In this document: positions 36,674 to 41,802 of the stretch, one piece after another
How the letters are laid out: each line of letters starts with the position of its first letter
How positions within the stretch are numbered: the first letter of the stretch is position 1
Source: Chiloscyllium plagiosum
Taxonomy: Eukaryota
Assembly (NCBI RefSeq): GCF_004010195.1
Contig: NC_057759.1
Location: 3,617,171 to 3,658,972, forward strand
DNA: 41,802 bases
Direction: 5' to 3'
The notes under the pieces: model-generated
Told to the model about the DNA's origin: nothing
The model's database searches: none
The model's input: the letters and a program-made list of their open reading frames with translations, nothing else
Made by a program: the position numbers and the translations under genes

Positions 36674-37095
36674 TGATGATCTACGTAAAGTAAGAACCCT
36701 TTCCCAGGGAATATCATTGGATTAGCCTGTTGTTAATCATGTCACCATATTACAATTAATCGGAATTTTCTTGTAATTAAGAACCCTTTCCCAGGAAATA
36801 TCATTAGATTAACCTGCTGTAAATCACGTCACCTTATTATATGTGACTGGTCTCTTCTTGTAATTAAGGCTGTACTATCTCTTAAAAAAATATAGATACT
36901 ATGTAATTTTCGAATATAATTGCGCCATTTCTCCACGGAACACAGAAGCTTTTAACCTCTGTGTTGCTGTAAAAATCTGCGCCAGGCTGCTTTAATTTAT
37001 TAAACTGTTAATCTTACTTTAAGCAGACCGTACTCCTAGTGATTCTTTTGACCGATCGTGAACCGAGAGGCCCTGCAAAGGGGTCTAGATCTTCA
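36674..37095 (+). repeat. 5' LTR of an endogenous retrovirus (~422 bp)
   Basis: TG...CA ends with a 9/10 inverted terminal match (TGATGATCTA / TAGATCTTCA). Contains two 87-bp direct repeats (36691-36864), a TATA-like GAATATAA at about 36912 and ATTAAA at 36999-37004, and is followed by a PBS. Confidence 0.75.
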
Positions 37096-37097
37096 TT

Positions 37098-37115
37098 TGG
37101 TGCCGGGACTCTTGG
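37098..37115 (+). promoter_or_regulatory. Primer-binding site complementary to tRNA-His
   Basis: TGGTGCCGGGACTC versus the tRNA-His PBS consensus TGGTGCCGTGACTCGGAT, located 2 nt after the LTR CA. Confidence 0.8.
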
Positions 37116-37498
37116 TTCGGCACGGACAGATTATAGACAGCGGTGTAAAAGACTTGAGTCCTTCACTGTTGAGGTTGAGGAATATGGCCGGCCAGATGTG
37201 AGTATTTTATATACGTTTTGTTTTCCTCCTCATTCAATTTGTGTCTGACCTGACCCCTTACTGTCTATTTTCTAGTCCAGCCCGAAAGGATCGGGTCTTG
37301 TCAAAGGAAGGGTTAAGAGAACCTTGTATTTAAAAAGGGAGGGAGTGACATCTAAGGGCAGACTTAAGAAACGGATCTGAAAACAAAGAGAGAGAGAGTC
37401 GTGAACCTCTCAGAGCTGAGAAACTCTGATTCGGTTGGATTGGCATGATTTAAATTGGCACTGAAGTTATACTGTGAGATAAGGAAGTTTGTTTAAAG

Positions 37499-39130
37499 AT
37501 GGGTCATCACATAGATGAGATGGAAGCTCCGTTTTCACCATTAGTAAAAACATGTGGGATGTTTCTGGAAAAAATCCAAAGCCTTTCGAAAATGTTCTGC
37601 CTCCCTAAATAAAGCATTGGGCGATGAGCAGTGGCCACTCAGTGGACCTAGAAGTATTCAATTAATCAAGTCAGCCCAGCAAATGATTTGACAAAGGAAC
37701 AAGAATTCCAAGATAAAGGAACTAATTAGACTGTGGAGACAATGCTATGATGAAACTCATAAAGAGTCAGTTTTGTGTTCATGGCAAAATAATGCCACTA
37801 AATTGGGAATTGAACTAACTGCTGATGGAGCCATGAAATCTATTGAGGTCATAAAAAACGAATGTGATTGAACAAAACCCCGCCAACAGAAACAACATGA
37901 GAAGTCACTAATCAAACTCCCGTTTCCCCATCCCCTCCCCAGTTCACTGACGCTGTTGCTTTCAACACTCGCAGTCAGCAAATATTGAAACAGTACAGAT
38001 CTTCTAATAAAGAACTCATGCAGCAATTAGAAACCACTTTACATTCTTCTTCTTAAAATGCGAAAGACGAAGCACCCACATTAGGAATGTTCTATGTCAA
38101 GCAACTACCGAACCGACAAGCTGCTTCTCCTAACGCTAATATCCGTTTTTATTGTCCACGGAAGCCCCACAAAAGTATGTCCATCCTCAGTAATGCACTC
38201 GACCGCCACAAGACTCCTCAGCAGTTCGTTGACTTTTAAACACCACAATTAAAACTTATGGTAGTAATGCCAATGACCGTTGGGTCCTACTTCCACAAGT
38301 GCTTACCCGCTCTGATTATATCCGTTTTACTGAATATATTAATCACAATAACTTTACTGCTTTCGCGAATGCTGTAGTCCAGGAAAAACAGCGACAAGAT
38401 AGTATTCGCGCTGTTGCATCTGCTATATTAGCAAAACCTATTGACCTTGCTCGCATCCTTGAACTTCGCCCCAAAAATAAGGAGTCTGCTTAAGATTTCC
38501 TTGACCGTTTTAGAGAATGTTATGAGTCCTATTCCAACGATTGGGCTTGGAATTTGAATGCAATTAATGTTCAGGATAATTCTATGATTTAAACGGCCTG
38601 CCGCCTTCTGTAGTCACTGCAGTCAAAACAAACAATCTAGACTGGATTGATGCCACCCCTAATCAACTCCATTGTTTTATTAGGGCCTTGTGGAATCGGC
38701 AGAATGAAGACAGTCCAACAATCCGTGTAAAAGCAGAATTTGTAGTCCAAGATGAGGAACCTCAACACCCAAGTGTGTCATAGTAGTGGCCCTGCACCAA
38801 TTCGAGGCCACAGTCGTGGGTATGGCAGAGAGAATCGCCCAGGCGTCCATTCACGGCCTGCTTTAATTGTAACAGCCTATATCACTTTACTCGTGACTGT
38901 CCGACTCGAAACTGCCTTACTTGTGGCAGCACCCTCCATTGGACCTCTAATTGCCCTAAAAGGGCCACACAGTGGAACCAAGGAAGCTTTCATGAGAATT
39001 ACCCTGAGAACTCCTATTACACTTGGGATAAACCTCCTGGTAACAATCATCCTCCACCACAAGCAAGAGTCAAAGGACTACCCCACTTGACCTACACATC
39101 TTTGGATGACAGAGAAATAGAAGTAATGTA
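37499..39130 (+). mobile_element. gag: Decayed gag of an epsilon/gamma-like endogenous retrovirus, truncated near the start of pro
   Basis: MG start at 37499; matrix motif 'QWPLSG'; MHR-like 'ILELRPKNKESA*DFLDRFRECY'; two CCHC knuckles CFNCNSLYHFTRDC and CLTCGSTLHWTSNC (38859-38955). Confidence 0.85.
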
Positions 39131-39289
39131 GGTTTAAATTAAGTTGCGAATCAGGAAAATGTGTTTTCTCTATTGAGGGCACTATAAACAAGACAGAAAC
39201 AAGACGGCGTCCGAGGGAGACTTGAATCTTTTTTTTAAAATGGAGAACAGACATAATGGGGTCAGGCTGTGAAGTTGTAGTTTTGAATA

Positions 39290-40060
39290 TTAAGTCCGAC
39301 AGGCTGTCTCGTACCAAAGCATAAAGTGATGTGTTACTCGAGCTTGGGCTGTGCTTCATTGGAACATTGCAGCTGCCCAGGACCGAAATATTAACATGAG
39401 CGCAAGGTAGGTCAGAGTTATGCCTACAGACAGATAGCAGTGTTCCTCAATGCACTCTCTGTTTAGTTTCACCAATGTAAAGGAGACTGCCTTGTGAGCA
39501 GCAATGACAACAGACTGGATTGGAAGAGTAAAGAGACATACTGCCTCACCTGGATGGTCTGTTTGGGACCTATGACATACAGGAGGCAAGAGGTAAATGG
39601 GCAAGTGTGTCAGCTTCTGCAATTACACGTGATGGAGCCATAAAGGAATCGGCAAGTGTTCAGGGTGTGGTAGGGAATCATAAAGAGAACGATGTCTGTG
39701 ACATGCTGACAGTGGACGAGAAGGGAAGATGTGTTTGATGATGTTGTCCTCCTGGAAGTGGTGGAAGTGGCAGAGGTTAATTCTTCATAAGTGGATCCTG
39801 TGAAATGGGAAGTGAAGACAAAGGGCATCTCTAAAATTCTGCTGGAAAAAGGGGAAGAGGTGACAACAGAACGATCAGATCAGTGCCCGTCACAACTGAA
39901 GACCCTGTCTATCAGAATTGGTGGGGTTTCTCATTTGAGGGAAAAGGAGGCTTCTCAATGGAATATGAAATCATCAAAAAGAAATGACACAGGTGAAGAA
40001 ACTGGTAGAATGGAGACACGAATCCTCACATTTTCAGCCAAATGTGGAAGTTGTGCCTGA
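39290..40060 (-). mobile_element. Old Penelope-like element remnant (GIY-YIG endonuclease region)
   Basis: Minus translation 'SFYIGETKQR' at about 39455-39486 and 'PFVFTSHFT' (PLVLTYHP-like) at about 39800-39825. Confidence 0.65.
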
Positions 40061-40249
40061 AGGAGTGAACGGAACAAAGAATCTAAATTGGAGAGTTTTG
40101 TCTGACATCTAGTCTAAAGCGGGATGTGAAAATAGTCCCAAGGAAGGTCAGTGGAAGTACGGTTGCAGGAATTTAGGCAAATATTTCATAATGCTTAGCA
40201 ATGATCGTTTCTGTTCCAAAAGAAGGACAAGATAATATGATGAACCTCA

Positions 40250-40695
40250 GGTTTGGGAGGTCGTGTTGCGGCTGTACAGGACATTAGTTGGAATATTATA
40301 TGCAATTCTGGTCTCCTTACTGTCGGAAGATGAGAAACTTGAAAGGGTTCAGAAAAGATTTACAAGGATATTGCCAGGGTTGGAGGAATTGAGCTACAGG
40401 GAGAGGTTGAGTAATCGAGGGCCGTTTTGCCTGGAGCAGCGGAGGCTGAGGTGTGACCTTACAGAGGTAAGTAAAACATGCGGTACATGGATAGGAAAGT
40501 CTTTTCCCTGGCATTGGTTTCGGGTGAGACAGGAAAGATATAAAAGAGACCTAAGGGGCAACTTTTGACTCAGAGGGTGGTACGTGTATAGAATGAGCTG
40601 CCAGAGGAAGTGGTGGAGGCTAGTATAATTGCGATATTTAAAAGGCATCTGGATGTAAATATGAATATGAAGGGTTTGGAGCGGTATGGGCCAGA
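40250..40695 (+). mobile_element. CR1 LINE 3' fragment
   Basis: 'MLRLYRTLV...KLERVQKRFTRILPGLEELSYRERL...EQRRLRCDLTEV...KRDLRGNF'. Confidence 0.9.
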
Positions 40696-40891
40696 ATGGC
40701 GTGGATATTACAAACAAGCATGTTGTTCAGGAAATAAAATTGCTGCCAATAAACAATTGGAATGTGTCTCAATATCAGGTAGAGGATAATGACCGGTAGA
40801 TCTACCACTGCCAAGGCCATCAGGTAATGACTGACACATGGAGACAGTCCACAATCTTCATAAAGCAGAACGATGATCGTCACTATGTTAA
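40693..40891 (-). pseudogene. Truncated exon of a GPR139/GPR142-like class A GPCR (end of TM1 to start of TM3)
   Basis: Acceptor 'actttcctcacag|' then VNIVTIIVLLYEDCGLSPCVSHYLMALAVVDLPVIILYLILRHIPIVYWQQFYFLNNMLVCNIHAIL (TM1 Asn, YLxALAxxD in TM2, TM3 Cys). The frame runs directly into CR1 sequence. Confidence 0.85.
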
Positions 40892-41289
40892 CTGTGAGGA
40901 AAGTATGCAAACAAAGTGTAAACAATCTAGAAACAAAGTTACCCATTTGATTAAGGGTCCAGTCAAATTTTCAAATATGTTACTTTATTAAGAGATTTTT
41001 TGGAAGAATTAGAGCTGAAATGATAAATGTTAACCTTTGAATTATTTACCCGAATGTGAAGCAATTCACAAGCCATACTCCCTCCTTAAAACCAGCCAAA
41101 CACGTCAACAGAAAAGATGATTTCTAGAACATTCTCACACGCTGGATTACTTGAGGGCAGATAGCGATCACATCTTTACAGTTGCTAATACAGAGAGTAA
41201 AGACGTTGCGATCACGAAGGATTCCTTGGTACGCTTAGCTCTAGTTCAGTTTACTGACATCTAGAGGTTCACAAAAGATACTGGGTATG

Positions 41290-41465
41290 GAATGTTCCCG
41301 ACGACTGGCTGCCTCTTTTCACAATTAGGTTAGGTTCTGGCCTGGGTGTACCCAGAGTAGGGGCACATGGCGTCCACCAACTCTCTCGAGGTCTTCATGG
41401 AGAAGTGGACACCGCAGGGCGTGGAGTGCTTCATTAACTTTTCCAGTTCTATTTGCATTTCGTCC
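41290..41465 (+). mobile_element. Tx1/L1-clade retrotransposon ORF2 C-terminal remnant
   Basis: Translation 'VLAWVYPE*GHMASTNSLEVFMEKWTPQGVEC' resembles the Tx1 ORF2 end (RARVSLEREHAVSTGTLEAFRERWAPQGLEC type). Confidence 0.6.
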
Positions 41466-41637
41466 TATCCTCCTCCCCACTTTTTCTCCTTTCAAAGTCA
41501 CACAGTTCCAGACAGAAGTGGACGCGATTATCATTGAAGATATCATCAAACCGACTCCGAATGAATAGATTTCATCTATCATCTTCATCACAAACCTGAT
41601 GGGACATAATGATTATGTTTGGACTTCTGAGAGTTGT

Positions 41638-41802
41638 GGGCGGCACGGTGGCACAGTGGTTAGCACTGCTGCCTCACAGCGCCAGAGACCCGGGTTCAAT
41701 TCCCGACTCAGGCGACTGACTGTGTGGAGTTTGCACGTTCTCCCCGTGTCTGCGTGGGTTTCCTCCGGGTGCTCCGGTTTCCTCCCACAGTCCAAAGATG
41801 TG
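41638..41802 (+). mobile_element. HE1 SINE (V-SINE superfamily), young-looking copy running off the window end
   Basis: tRNA head with A box TGGCACAGTGG and B box GGTTCAATTCC, then the V-domain 'gtgtggagtttgcacgttctccccgtgtctgcgtgggtttcctccgggtgctccggtttcctcccacagtccaaaga'. Confidence 0.95.

Noticed and set aside
41638..41710. tRNA-like A/B boxes as a tRNA gene
   Set aside because: The sequence continues directly into the V-SINE core, so it is the HE1 SINE head.

Overview
Eukaryotic, repeat-rich vertebrate DNA. It is almost certainly from a cartilaginous fish (shark), judged by the HE1/V-SINE copy and the dense CR1 (HER1-type) LINE fragments. There are three N-gaps, and one is flanked by an exact 539-bp duplication that is probably an assembly artefact. 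I recognise no intact long protein-coding gene. Recognisable content: (1) many CR1 fragments; (2) a Rex1/Babar-like fragment; (3) a near-full-length single-ORF CR1/L2-group LINE with a tRNA-like head, plus a short derivative of it; (4) Penelope-like remnants; (5) two tandem decayed Gypsy elements, the second with the Gmr1-type PR-IN-RT order; (6) a 5'-LTR/tRNA-His PBS/gag fragment of an epsilon-like endogenous retrovirus; (7) a histone H4 pseudogene; (8) a truncated GPR139-like GPCR exon; (9) a Tx1 3' remnant. The most interesting candidate is a small spliced minus-strand gene (about 13.9-15.1 kb, possibly with a non-coding first exon near 17.25 kb). It encodes a 52-aa putative secreted peptide whose signal peptide and exon layout resemble teleost piscidin antimicrobial peptides. 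Repeat boundaries are approximate and were read by eye.
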